IMG/VR virus record: IMGVR_UViG_3300027509_000012
Source of the DNA: a virus
Length of the DNA stretch: 64,000 nucleotides
Strand: one strand, 5' to 3'
This document shows positions 49,807 through 59,241 of this stretch, piece after piece. Numbering within the stretch: position 1 is the first letter of the stretch; each line of letters opens with the position of its first letter. The notes under the pieces were generated by a model. The model made no database searches and was not told the origin of the DNA. It worked only from the letters and a program-made list of their open reading frames with translations. The position numbers and the translations under genes are program-made.

Positions 49807-51378
49807 ATGGCTAGAAAAAACAAATACTTAAAACCAGCAAACTCTGAAGTCGAAATGACTCAAGAACAAATGATGGAATTTGTTCGTTGTGCTCAAGACC
49901 CGATATACTTTTGTAGAAATTATGTAAAGATTGTACATCCAAAACATGGTGCAATGAAACTTGATTTATATGAATATCAGGAGGATATGATCACCAAGTA
50001 TCAAAATAATGATCGTGTGATAGTAATGTCAGCCCGACAGACAGGTAAATCAGTTGTGGCTGGAGCGTATCTAGCATGGTATGCATTTTTTCATTTTCAA
50101 AAAACTATTTTAATAGTATCTAATAATAACGATAACAGTATGGAAATGGTTGGCCGAATTCGTGATATATATGAAAATCTTCCAGACTGGCTTAAACCCG
50201 GCGTCGATCCAGATAACTTTAATAAACATGAATTAGTATTTGATAATAAATCTAGAATCGTATCAAAAGCAACTACAAAAGATTCTGGTCGCGGTTTATC
50301 AATATCATTATTGTATTGTGATGAGCTTGCATTCGTTAATCCCCATATTCAAAAAGCATTTTGGACAGCAATCAATCCAACATTATCTACTGGTGGTTCT
50401 GCGATCATAACAAGTACACCAAACGGTGATCAGGGTTTATTTGCAGAAATATGGCGACAGGCAGTAGCTGGTGTAGGTAGGTTTATTAATTTATATGTTC
50501 CGTGGGATGCACCACCAGATAGAGATGAAAACTTTAAAAATGACATGATCGCCGAAGTAGGTGAAGAAGAATGGAAGCAAGAATTTGAATGTCAATTTAT
50601 ATCTTCTGATTCATTATTGATTAGTAGTATGCATTTAAATACAATAACAGATGAAATAAAAGAAAATAAGCCCATCAGAGAAGTTCACGACTTTGAATTT
50701 TGGAGCCAAATAAAAGCAGGAGCAACTTACTTGATTGGAGTCGATCCATCACAAGGTGTCGGAAATGATTTTAGTGTAATCAATATTTTTAATTTTCCAG
50801 ACCTAGAACAGATAGCTCAGTATAGAAAAAATACAATGAATCCAAATGATGTATATGGAATGTTAAAAAATATTTTATTGTACATTCAAGGGAAGGGTGC
50901 AACAGTTTATTTCTCAATCGAAAGTAATGGTGTAGGCCAAGCAATGATCGCATTATATGAACAGGATGATCAAGCACCACAAGAAGCTGTGTTCATTTCA
51001 GAAACTAGTAAAACAAATAAACGAGGGTTTACAACATCATCTAAATCTAAAATAAAAAATTGTATAACCTTCAAGCAATTGTTTGAAGCAGGAGTAATTA
51101 CAATTAAATCAGAAACATTATTGTCAGAGTTGAAATCATACGTTCGCAGCAAAGGTTCATATGCAGCTCAACATGGAGCAACAGATGATTGTATTGCATC
51201 AGTGCTTATCGTTATGTGTATTTTAGTGCAAATGTCTAAGTATGACGATAATGCATATGATATTTTGTACACAAACGAATTTGGCAGAATAACACAAGAT
51301 GAATGGGAAAGTGGGAAAAGAGAGGGATCTGATTACGATCCAGACACTGATACTGAGGGATCTATCATTGTAATGTGA
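49807..51378 (+). CDS. gp17: Terminase large subunit
   Basis: YQ motif, ARQTGKS, LYCDE, TSTPNG; nuclease motifs GVDPSQG..D.S, ESNG, DDC. Confidence 0.97.
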   Translation: MARKNKYLKPANSEVEMTQEQMMEFVRCAQDPIYFCRNYVKIVHPKHGAMKLDLYEYQEDMITKYQNNDRVIVMSARQTGKSVVAGAYLAWYAFFHFQKTILIVSNNNDNSMEMVGRIRDIYENLPDWLKPGVDPDNFNKHELVFDNKSRIVSKATTKDSGRGLSISLLYCDELAFVNPHIQKAFWTAINPTLSTGGSAIITSTPNGDQGLFAEIWRQAVAGVGRFINLYVPWDAPPDRDENFKNDMIAEVGEEEWKQEFECQFISSDSLLISSMHLNTITDEIKENKPIREVHDFEFWSQIKAGATYLIGVDPSQGVGNDFSVINIFNFPDLEQIAQYRKNTMNPNDVYGMLKNILLYIQGKGATVYFSIESNGVGQAMIALYEQDDQAPQEAVFISETSKTNKRGFTTSSKSKIKNCITFKQLFEAGVITIKSETLLSELKSYVRSKGSYAAQHGATDDCIASVLIVMCILVQMSKYDDNAYDILYTNEFGRITQDEWESGKREGSDYDPDTDTEGSIIVM

Positions 51379-51441
51379 TATAAGTCACGACAAAAAATTA
51401 ATTTTAGTATAGACTGGCTACATTGATTGAGAGGCATCTAT

Positions 51442-51576
51442 ATGAAAGTTGAAATACTAATTCCAGACACAGACGAAGGGTGGGCTAATTCAGAAGAAAT
51501 TAGTCATCTTATTAGCCTCCAATTTCCCGAAGTGGAAATAGAAGTGATTATCGATTCAGTTACATATCCAAAATAA
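51442..51576 (+). CDS. Small acidic hypothetical protein (44 aa, below the ORF-track cutoff)
   Basis: GAGAGG SD; MKVEILIPDTDEGWANSEEISHLISLQFPEVEIEVIIDSVTYPK; fills the gap. Confidence 0.6.
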   Translation: MKVEILIPDTDEGWANSEEISHLISLQFPEVEIEVIIDSVTYPK

Positions 51577-51588
51577 GGATTAATTCCA

Positions 51589-52887
51589 ATGTCTACTTAT
51601 AAATTTGATTTAAGTAATCATCGTTATGTTCAACTATTAACTGATGTTAAGCGATTTAATAAAATTGCTGATCGCATGGACACGCCACACATATCAGTTG
51701 AAATCACAGAAACCTACAAAGCATTCGATCCATTAGCTAAAGTAGTGGATGCAGATTTAACGTGGACATTTCCGCAGATAGATTATTACAAAGGAACAGT
51801 AAATAATTTTGATGTATCATTTGGTGATTTTTCATTCATCGGATGTTTGGTACATAGAGCGAGAACAGTTGATCCAGCAACAGGTGAAATTGTCAGATCA
51901 ATTCAGGTTAGACCTTTTCCAGATCAAACAGTACCCAAACAATTTTATGGTGTTGATCCAGTGTGTGAGCATTGCGAATTAAAGCGTGATCGTGTTGTAA
52001 CCTATATCGTTAAAAATAATGCTACTGGTGAATATCAACAAATTGGTAGTACGTGTTTTAATGTATATCTTGGTATCGATGCATCTGATATTATTCGGTT
52101 ATTGAGAATTATAACTAGAATATCTGATACAGAAGGATATGAAGAAAAAACTCGAAAAACTAAAAAGCAAAAGCCATTATTTAACACAAAGGACATTCTT
52201 AAATTAACCAATTCGGTGATTCGTTTGTATGGCTATCACAGTCGTAATAAATCTGGTGATTTTATTCCAACAGCAGATATTGTTCGACAGATATGTTTAG
52301 AACCTACTAGTAATGAATCAAAGACTTGGGTTAAGAAGATTAAAGAAAACAGAAATGATTATCTTGATGAATCTGTAGCACTAGCAGTCCAAAAATGGGC
52401 ATTAACAGATTTTCAATCGAATAATTATTTCCATGCTATACAGCGTATAGTGAAAAATGAAATAGTTTCAGAATATGAGTTAGGGACTCTTTGTTCAGCA
52501 ATAGATGCTCACACTCAGAAAGTTAAAGAGAAGATAGAGCGTAAAAAGCTATACAGCAACGAGTATTTTGGAAATGTTGGTGAGAACTACTCAAAAAGCT
52601 TAAAATGTGTTGACGTTAGAAACGTCACTGGTTACAATGAGACACAATCTAAATTAATTAAATTAATTGATGATGATAAGAATTTGTTCGTATGGTTCCA
52701 CGTATCTGGATTCGATATTAAGATTGGACAAATTAAAAAGTTTAAATTTAAAATTAAAGAACATTCAGATTTCAACGGTGAAAAACAAACCAAAATCTTT
52801 TACGTAAAAGAATTGCAGGAACATGATGATAAATATGCCGAGTGTCCAGAATACAAAGAGAATTCAGAATTGGATACAGTGGTATAA
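51589..52887 (+). CDS. Phage hypothetical protein (Cys motif, possible C-terminal OB fold)
   Basis: CEHC...R.R and QIGSTC; C-terminal YFG.VGE...FVWF..IKEH..F.GEKQT. Confidence 0.75.
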   Translation: MSTYKFDLSNHRYVQLLTDVKRFNKIADRMDTPHISVEITETYKAFDPLAKVVDADLTWTFPQIDYYKGTVNNFDVSFGDFSFIGCLVHRARTVDPATGEIVRSIQVRPFPDQTVPKQFYGVDPVCEHCELKRDRVVTYIVKNNATGEYQQIGSTCFNVYLGIDASDIIRLLRIITRISDTEGYEEKTRKTKKQKPLFNTKDILKLTNSVIRLYGYHSRNKSGDFIPTADIVRQICLEPTSNESKTWVKKIKENRNDYLDESVALAVQKWALTDFQSNNYFHAIQRIVKNEIVSEYELGTLCSAIDAHTQKVKEKIERKKLYSNEYFGNVGENYSKSLKCVDVRNVTGYNETQSKLIKLIDDDKNLFVWFHVSGFDIKIGQIKKFKFKIKEHSDFNGEKQTKIFYVKELQEHDDKYAECPEYKENSELDTVV

Positions 52888-54079
52888 TAATTCTTTCAAA
52901 AACAATTATTATTACCATGAACTGTCAAGGACCACGGAAGGTTCTAAATTCCATAGAGAAAGTTCTGTAGCAATCCACACTGATATGGTTGTTATGAATA
53001 TTCTTCGTCTAGAAGGTCTGGACGCAAAACTCACAACTGAATTTTCTCGAATCACAGGATTGTTTGCTGCTGCATTTCATGATGTAGGTAAGTCATCCTC
53101 TATGCAGGCAAAACACTCTGATGAACGTGGTGATTATCTATCATTCGCAGGTCATGAGCAGCGCTCAGCACGATTGTGGGAAGATTTCTATATGCAGGGT
53201 CCAGAAGCTACTGGAATAACTGAAGAACTATTTGGATCTGATTATGTGGATAATACTGCATTCATGTTTGCTGTTGGATATATGATAGAACACCACAGAC
53301 CGTGGGGATTAAAAGACACTAACAAGATTGATGGAATGTTACTTACACTTAATTCAATGGGCGTAATTCAAGACTATTTCAGACTTCTTATTGCTGATAA
53401 TTTGGGTAGAATAACAGATGATCAACAAAACTTAGTTGAAAGCTTAAAAAAGGTAGATGTGTTTGAATCAAAATACAACGAACTGATGAAAGTTTATTTC
53501 CCACCAGAGCCAAAAGAAGAATCAACACTTGGTTTGTTAAGCTATATATTAGCGGATAAAATGGGTTCACTTCCACCAAAAGTGATTGAACGAAAACTAC
53601 CATCTGTGATAATACCAATAGCACCATCTGGTGCTGGTAAATCAACATTGTTTAAAAAATTGATAGCCGAAAGTTCTGAGGAAATATTGCATCATTCTAT
53701 GGATGATATCAGAATTGAAACTTATGGTGATGATTATGCCGAAGCATTTGAGCGATCTAAAAATGATAGTAATTTTGCATCTATAGTTCAAGCTGACTTT
53801 ATTAAAAAGATTAAAACTGGTAAATCTATATATATTGATAATACCAATTTGAGTCGAAAACGCCGAAGATTTTATGTTGATCAGGCAAATAGGAATGATT
53901 ATAATGTTGTTGCTTATTTAATTCCAACCACTATTAAAACATTATTGGAAAGGCAGAAATCTCGACCAGATAAATTTGTGCCATATAAATCGGTTATGCA
54001 ACAATATGTATCTTTATCGTTGCCAACACTTGGTCTGGAATTCGACGAAATAATAATAACAGATGAGATAATTAATTAG
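52823..54079 (+). CDS. HD-domain hydrolase fused to a P-loop (polynucleotide kinase-like) domain; exact start uncertain
   Basis: FHRE..V..HT, FHDVGK, F.GHE; APSGAGKST, IDNTN...RR. Confidence 0.85.
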   Translation: MMINMPSVQNTKRIQNWIQWYNNSFKNNYYYHELSRTTEGSKFHRESSVAIHTDMVVMNILRLEGLDAKLTTEFSRITGLFAAAFHDVGKSSSMQAKHSDERGDYLSFAGHEQRSARLWEDFYMQGPEATGITEELFGSDYVDNTAFMFAVGYMIEHHRPWGLKDTNKIDGMLLTLNSMGVIQDYFRLLIADNLGRITDDQQNLVESLKKVDVFESKYNELMKVYFPPEPKEESTLGLLSYILADKMGSLPPKVIERKLPSVIIPIAPSGAGKSTLFKKLIAESSEEILHHSMDDIRIETYGDDYAEAFERSKNDSNFASIVQADFIKKIKTGKSIYIDNTNLSRKRRRFYVDQANRNDYNVVAYLIPTTIKTLLERQKSRPDKFVPYKSVMQQYVSLSLPTLGLEFDEIIITDEIIN

Positions 54080-54114
54080 ATTATCTTCTTTATTTAATTT
54101 TCATAACTATAGGT

Positions 54115-54678
54115 ATGGAAACTAAATTACATTTAATTCGTGGAAAACGCATAGAAACTCAACTAAACGATGTTTTAGTTGAGGCTTCTTCGGTTAGAAA
54201 GCTATCTAACAACATTAAGACAATGCCCACCAAAAAGCGCGAACATGCAACATCAGACGCCACTATTAATAAAATGACTATCAAGCCATTTGTTAGTTCA
54301 AATGCAATTCAAATTCATTCTGTTGTAAGTAGCGTATCTGGACAGAAATATGAAACGGTTATTATGTTCCGTGATATTAAATTTGAACAAGAAGGTACTT
54401 CAGGTAATGTCACATTCACTGGTTCGGATGATGAAGAATATCACATGCAAAAGATAATATTGGCTTCATCTAATGTAATGGTTAAATGTGGATGTATGGA
54501 TTTTTATCATAGATTTTCGAGATTTAATGCTAAGGATACAAGTTTGTATGGACCAAATCCACCTCCATATATTCCTAAAACAGATAGACCATCTGATAAC
54601 AAACAAAAAGTACCCGGCGTTTGCAAACATTTATTAAAATCAATAGAAAATTTAAGAAGTGCAGGAATGATAATTTAA
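54115..54678 (+). CDS. SWIM-type zinc-finger protein
   Basis: VKCGCMDF...CKHL. Confidence 0.75.
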   Translation: METKLHLIRGKRIETQLNDVLVEASSVRKLSNNIKTMPTKKREHATSDATINKMTIKPFVSSNAIQIHSVVSSVSGQKYETVIMFRDIKFEQEGTSGNVTFTGSDDEEYHMQKIILASSNVMVKCGCMDFYHRFSRFNAKDTSLYGPNPPPYIPKTDRPSDNKQKVPGVCKHLLKSIENLRSAGMII

Positions 54679-54687
54679 TTAATTAAA

Positions 54688-55194
54688 TTATCTTTTTTCG
54701 AGTGTAAATGCTGTTGCACCATTATGCGCAGATCCACCACCAGAACCAGAACCAGAAGAACTTTCGCTTGCAGCAGCACCAGCAGCACCAGCAAATGCAT
54801 CGCCATCATCAACAATACTTAAATCACCTACTTGATATCGACTACCATCAGATAATGTAGATCCACCATCAATTCTAAACACATAACTTTTTTCTGGATC
54901 ATAACCATTATCTGTATGAAATGTATAGCGATAGAAGCCATCCTTAGAGCCACCATCAGCACCAGCAGTATCATCTCCACTGTTATCGTAAAGTTCTAAC
55001 ATGACGCCATTGGCTCCCACAGTGCCTCCGGTAGCACCACCACCGGCAGGGCCGGGATCACCAGAACCTTGAGTAGTTCCAATAATTAAATTTTGAGTAG
55101 TACCAGAAACTTCCCAAATGCGAATCTCTGGAGTTAACCCAACTGATGGAACACCACCATCTTCAAAATACGATGCAATAATAGTCTCAGCCAT
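54688..55194 (-). CDS. Gly/Ala-rich late protein, probably structural
   Basis: TAAATA at 55227-55232; GLTPEIRIW, GFYRYTF, YVFRIDGG. Confidence 0.65.
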   Translation of the reverse strand: MAETIIASYFEDGGVPSVGLTPEIRIWEVSGTTQNLIIGTTQGSGDPGPAGGGATGGTVGANGVMLELYDNSGDDTAGADGGSKDGFYRYTFHTDNGYDPEKSYVFRIDGGSTLSDGSRYQVGDLSIVDDGDAFAGAAGAAASESSSGSGSGGGSAHNGATAFTLEKR

Positions 55195-55309
55195 AAGTAA
55201 AATCTCTTTCTTTTAGAAGTTTTTAGTATTTATGCAAGATAAAAAAATTGTGCAGAAATAATAAGAAAATTCAATAAATATTTAATTTGGATAATGAGGA
55301 ATACATTAA

Positions 55310-55552
55310 ATGGATAAAGTTAGTTTTTTAAAATCATTGGGTGATATTCCAGAAGATCAAATTGAAAGTCTAACTGAAAATATTAATTATAAAGAATATG
55401 AAGTAATCACATATAACAATAAATCTCATACTCTGCATATCCCATTAAGAGAAACAGAAAAATTTGAATCAACATTAAATAGTTTAATGTTGATAACAGA
55501 AACTGATATTCAGACTTTAATAAAAACTCACAACGGTGTAACAAGAATATAA
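55310..55552 (+). CDS. Hypothetical late protein
   Basis: TAAATA at 55275; GAGG SD. Confidence 0.7.
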   Translation: MDKVSFLKSLGDIPEDQIESLTENINYKEYEVITYNNKSHTLHIPLRETEKFESTLNSLMLITETDIQTLIKTHNGVTRI

Positions 55553-55652
55553 TTAGTTTTAACAATATTATAAAATCCAGATATGCAACATAGTGCCATC
55601 ATTTTATTAACTCTTTTACTAAATAGTGTAATAGCTATTTAAAAGGTTTGAT

Positions 55653-58600
55653 ATGAGAGTTAATTTTCGTCAGGGTATTTTATCCACACAATCTGGTGGA
55701 TTTTTATCATATAATACAACAGGTAATGTAGATTTAGTAGCAACTAGTCGATCAGTATCAGTATTAATCGCCCACAAGGATACCAATTATTTACATGTTG
55801 ATGATGCAACCGTAACAGATGCATGGGTCGGTACATTCGAATCAGGCACTGACTATTGGTTATATTGGGATTTTGATAATGCCAATTTTCGTCGAACCTT
55901 TGGCTGGACTACAGTAAAGCCCGTTGCGCAGCCAACACAACCACCAGAACCAGAAATCGGTCTACATTGGTTTGACACCACAAATGATGTTCATTATGAG
56001 TATCTAGAGCAAGGTTTTGTTAAAGTGCATCGTGTATTCGCTGCTAGATTAAATACTGAACAATTCTATAGCATGAGCCAATTGGCACCATTATTTACTG
56101 GTACTCAGATTGGTGATACTTCTTCTAATTTAGTTGGAAGCGTTTTATATTCAGAAAATGGTAAACTAATCATTCGTGATGATGGCACCTTTTTCACAAC
56201 AGAAGATCAGTTTTATACAAATCAATCACAAGTAACTGGCATTCGTCTTGAATCAAATGTTACTCGTGGAACATTAAAAGATAGTTCAATTGCAAAATAT
56301 CAAGTCGTAGCATTTGATTTAGATGGTCAACTAGAAGCTGCACAATATAATGATGTAGATTCTAAAGTAGTTGCAATAGTAACTGAAGATTTATTAATCA
56401 ACGAAGTTGGAAATGTTATCCTTCAAGGGAAGATAACAAATTCTGATTGGGATTGGTCTGATTTCCCATCAGGAACTAAACTGTGGGTTAGTAATGGAGA
56501 ATTAATTCCAACAGATCCATACGTATCAGATCCAGCAACATATCCTAAAGCACAAGTGCCAGTGGCAAAAATACTATCAAGTGATACTATTATTTTTGAA
56601 CAAGGTCTTGGTGGAGTAGGGCCAGCAGGACCAAAAGGTTCTATTGATGATTTGCCACCAGCCTCGTCTGTTAAATTAGGTACAGTATTTTTATCTGTAC
56701 CTCCAGTCAATGACAGTATACCTAAAGTAGTAGGTGATAACGATAGTAGATTATTAAATGCACCGTTTGCTCAAGCAAATCATGCACATCCAGCATCTGA
56801 AATATCAGTAACTCCAACTGGTGATATTACATCGACTCAGTTGCAATTGGTTCTTACTGAATTAGATACTGAGAAATTTTCAAAATCTGGTGGTGTTGTC
56901 ACTGGACAAACCACATTTAATGATGCATTGATTTTATCAAGTTCTCCGATTGATGCTTTACAAGCAGCAAATAAAAAATATGTTGATGACGCCGATGATT
57001 TAAAATTAGATTTATCTGGTGGAACATTAACTGGTAATATAATAATTGAAAAGGATGCAAGCGCAACATTTGTTGTTGATTCTACAGTTAGTGGTTCTAG
57101 CGCTATAAATTTCAAGCGCTCAGGCATACAAGAATCATTTCTTTCATCAGCAGCCACTCACTTACTTGCTAGACGTATTCACGCAACAGGTGGTACAAAT
57201 ACTGATTTAAGTTTATACGATGATTTTATTATTTCAAATAAAGAAGTTCGTGGAGTTCTAACATCAGCATCCAGCGCAAATGCTTCGTTTGTTACGAAAA
57301 GCTATTTGACTAATTATGCAGATGTATCTCATAATCATACATTAAGCGATATTACAGATTATGATCCTACTATATTTGCAACAGCAGCACAAGGCACAAA
57401 TGCTGACTCAGCATTACAGAATATATCATCACAAGTATTAGCAGATTTAAGTAATGTTGACAGTCTAGCACCAACTGATCTTCAAGTTTTGACGTTTAAC
57501 GCATCATCAAATAAATGGGAACCAGCAGATTCTACTGGTGCTAGTGGTGGTAGTTCTACTGATCACGGAACATTAACTGGTCTGGGCGATGATGATCATT
57601 CACATTACCATAATGATACGCGAGGTGATATTAGATATTACACTAAAACTCTTGCAGATAATTTATTTGATGATAAGTTTGATAATGCTGGCGGTACAAT
57701 CACTGGCGATACAACATTAAAAGATAGTCAACCATTATTTAACATTGATATAACAGGTCCAAATGGTTTTATCAATTTCCAAGATGATGGAACTGATAAA
57801 GCTAATATGGGATATGTTATAGCTTCCGATACTATTACGATGGGATTAATTGGAAGTACAAATATTCAGATTAAACAAACTGGTGCTGTTTTTAATAAAG
57901 TTGTTACCTCAGCACCAACACCAACAGCAAACACTCATTTAACTAATAAAGCATATGTTGATGGTGAAGTTAATACAAAACTTGATGAGGCTGATCTTGC
58001 TTCTTTGACTACCACCAATATTCAGATAAGTAAATCAAACGCACAAATAATAGCAAATTCCACTAGTGGAGCGGGTTCGTTCTTAATAAAAGAAAGTGGA
58101 ACTACGCGCAGTAGTATGTTTTTTAATCCAACTAATAATATTTTAACATTTCTTAATAATGAAAATGGCGCTCAATTAAATTTCAGATCAACATATGTTG
58201 ATTTTAATAAAGCAGTTAGAACTTCCATACAAACTACAACAGGTAGTAATGATGGTACTTTAACAACAAACAAATATGTTAAAGAACAATTAGATTTAAA
58301 ATTCGATAAAACTGGTGGAACAATAACCAGTAATGTAGCGATTACTAACGGAACAAATGCAAATATATCAATTGATTCACTTACATCTGGAGATTCTTTT
58401 TTGGCATTTCGTCGAGCTGGCGTTCAAGAAGCATCAGTAATATCAACCAGCACCAGAATACTTTTAAGGCGTACCAAAAATGGTGGAACTGATACTGATA
58501 TTGAATTATTTAATGATGAAGCAGCGGTTAATAAAAAAATGCGTGGTGTTTCTACAACTGCTGCCAATGGTCCAACCACATTTACTACTAAAGATTGGGT

Positions 58601-59132
58601 TGTTAACGTAACAGAAAATCAAGATATATCTGGAGAGAAGACATTCACAGCAAATAATCTTATATTAGCTCCAACTGCTAATGCTAATGCTACATTTGAA
58701 ATAAACACTGCTAATGATGCTAATGAAGCAGAAATTTTTCTTACTAGAAATGATAAGAAAAAGGGTCATTTATATTCAAATTCATCTCAGACAGGTTTAA
58801 GGAATTATAATGGTAGTTCTACGTCAGTGTTTACAGAATCCGAAATAATATTGTTTAATAACAACATTACCTTTAGAACCAATAATAATGTTGTTCACAC
58901 TGACTTGAATGTTTCTGGTGATATTAATAAACTTTCTATTATCTCAAGAGCAAACGCTCGCACAGAACTTGAATTATTTTCAGCCGCTGGTCAAGCTGCC
59001 AGAATTGGTTGTGCTGATAATATGATTACTAGTTATACTATGCTTTTACCAAAGGAAAGACCAGTTGCTGGCAAAACAGCAATGGAAATCGAATCTATAA
59101 CTGGTGAAGTAGTCCAGATGAAGTGGGTATAA
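55653..59132 (+). CDS. Fibre protein 1 (shared N-terminal anchor plus beta-rich modules)
   Basis: Repeated K.D..GGT.TG and NK.YVD modules; HxH motifs. Confidence 0.8.
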   Translation: MRVNFRQGILSTQSGGFLSYNTTGNVDLVATSRSVSVLIAHKDTNYLHVDDATVTDAWVGTFESGTDYWLYWDFDNANFRRTFGWTTVKPVAQPTQPPEPEIGLHWFDTTNDVHYEYLEQGFVKVHRVFAARLNTEQFYSMSQLAPLFTGTQIGDTSSNLVGSVLYSENGKLIIRDDGTFFTTEDQFYTNQSQVTGIRLESNVTRGTLKDSSIAKYQVVAFDLDGQLEAAQYNDVDSKVVAIVTEDLLINEVGNVILQGKITNSDWDWSDFPSGTKLWVSNGELIPTDPYVSDPATYPKAQVPVAKILSSDTIIFEQGLGGVGPAGPKGSIDDLPPASSVKLGTVFLSVPPVNDSIPKVVGDNDSRLLNAPFAQANHAHPASEISVTPTGDITSTQLQLVLTELDTEKFSKSGGVVTGQTTFNDALILSSSPIDALQAANKKYVDDADDLKLDLSGGTLTGNIIIEKDASATFVVDSTVSGSSAINFKRSGIQESFLSSAATHLLARRIHATGGTNTDLSLYDDFIISNKEVRGVLTSASSANASFVTKSYLTNYADVSHNHTLSDITDYDPTIFATAAQGTNADSALQNISSQVLADLSNVDSLAPTDLQVLTFNASSNKWEPADSTGASGGSSTDHGTLTGLGDDDHSHYHNDTRGDIRYYTKTLADNLFDDKFDNAGGTITGDTTLKDSQPLFNIDITGPNGFINFQDDGTDKANMGYVIASDTITMGLIGSTNIQIKQTGAVFNKVVTSAPTPTANTHLTNKAYVDGEVNTKLDEADLASLTTTNIQISKSNAQIIANSTSGAGSFLIKESGTTRSSMFFNPTNNILTFLNNENGAQLNFRSTYVDFNKAVRTSIQTTTGSNDGTLTTNKYVKEQLDLKFDKTGGTITSNVAITNGTNANISIDSLTSGDSFLAFRRAGVQEASVISTSTRILLRRTKNGGTDTDIELFNDEAAVNKKMRGVSTTAANGPTTFTTKDWVVNVTENQDISGEKTFTANNLILAPTANANATFEINTANDANEAEIFLTRNDKKKGHLYSNSSQTGLRNYNGSSTSVFTESEIILFNNNITFRTNNNVVHTDLNVSGDINKLSIISRANARTELELFSAAGQAARIGCADNMITSYTMLLPKERPVAGKTAMEIESITGEVVQMKWV

Positions 59133-59241
59133 AACTCTTTGAAAATAAACAAATTAAATTAATATTGTATTAATACTACAAATCCTCACCAAAACCCAAA
59201 TATTAATAAATACTATAATACTATAATTATGGCGTTTACTA

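Noticed and set aside
49193-51378. Split or intron-interrupted terminase
   Set aside because: TerL at 49807-51378 is complete on its own, so the upstream ORF is a separate paralog; no intein motifs seen.
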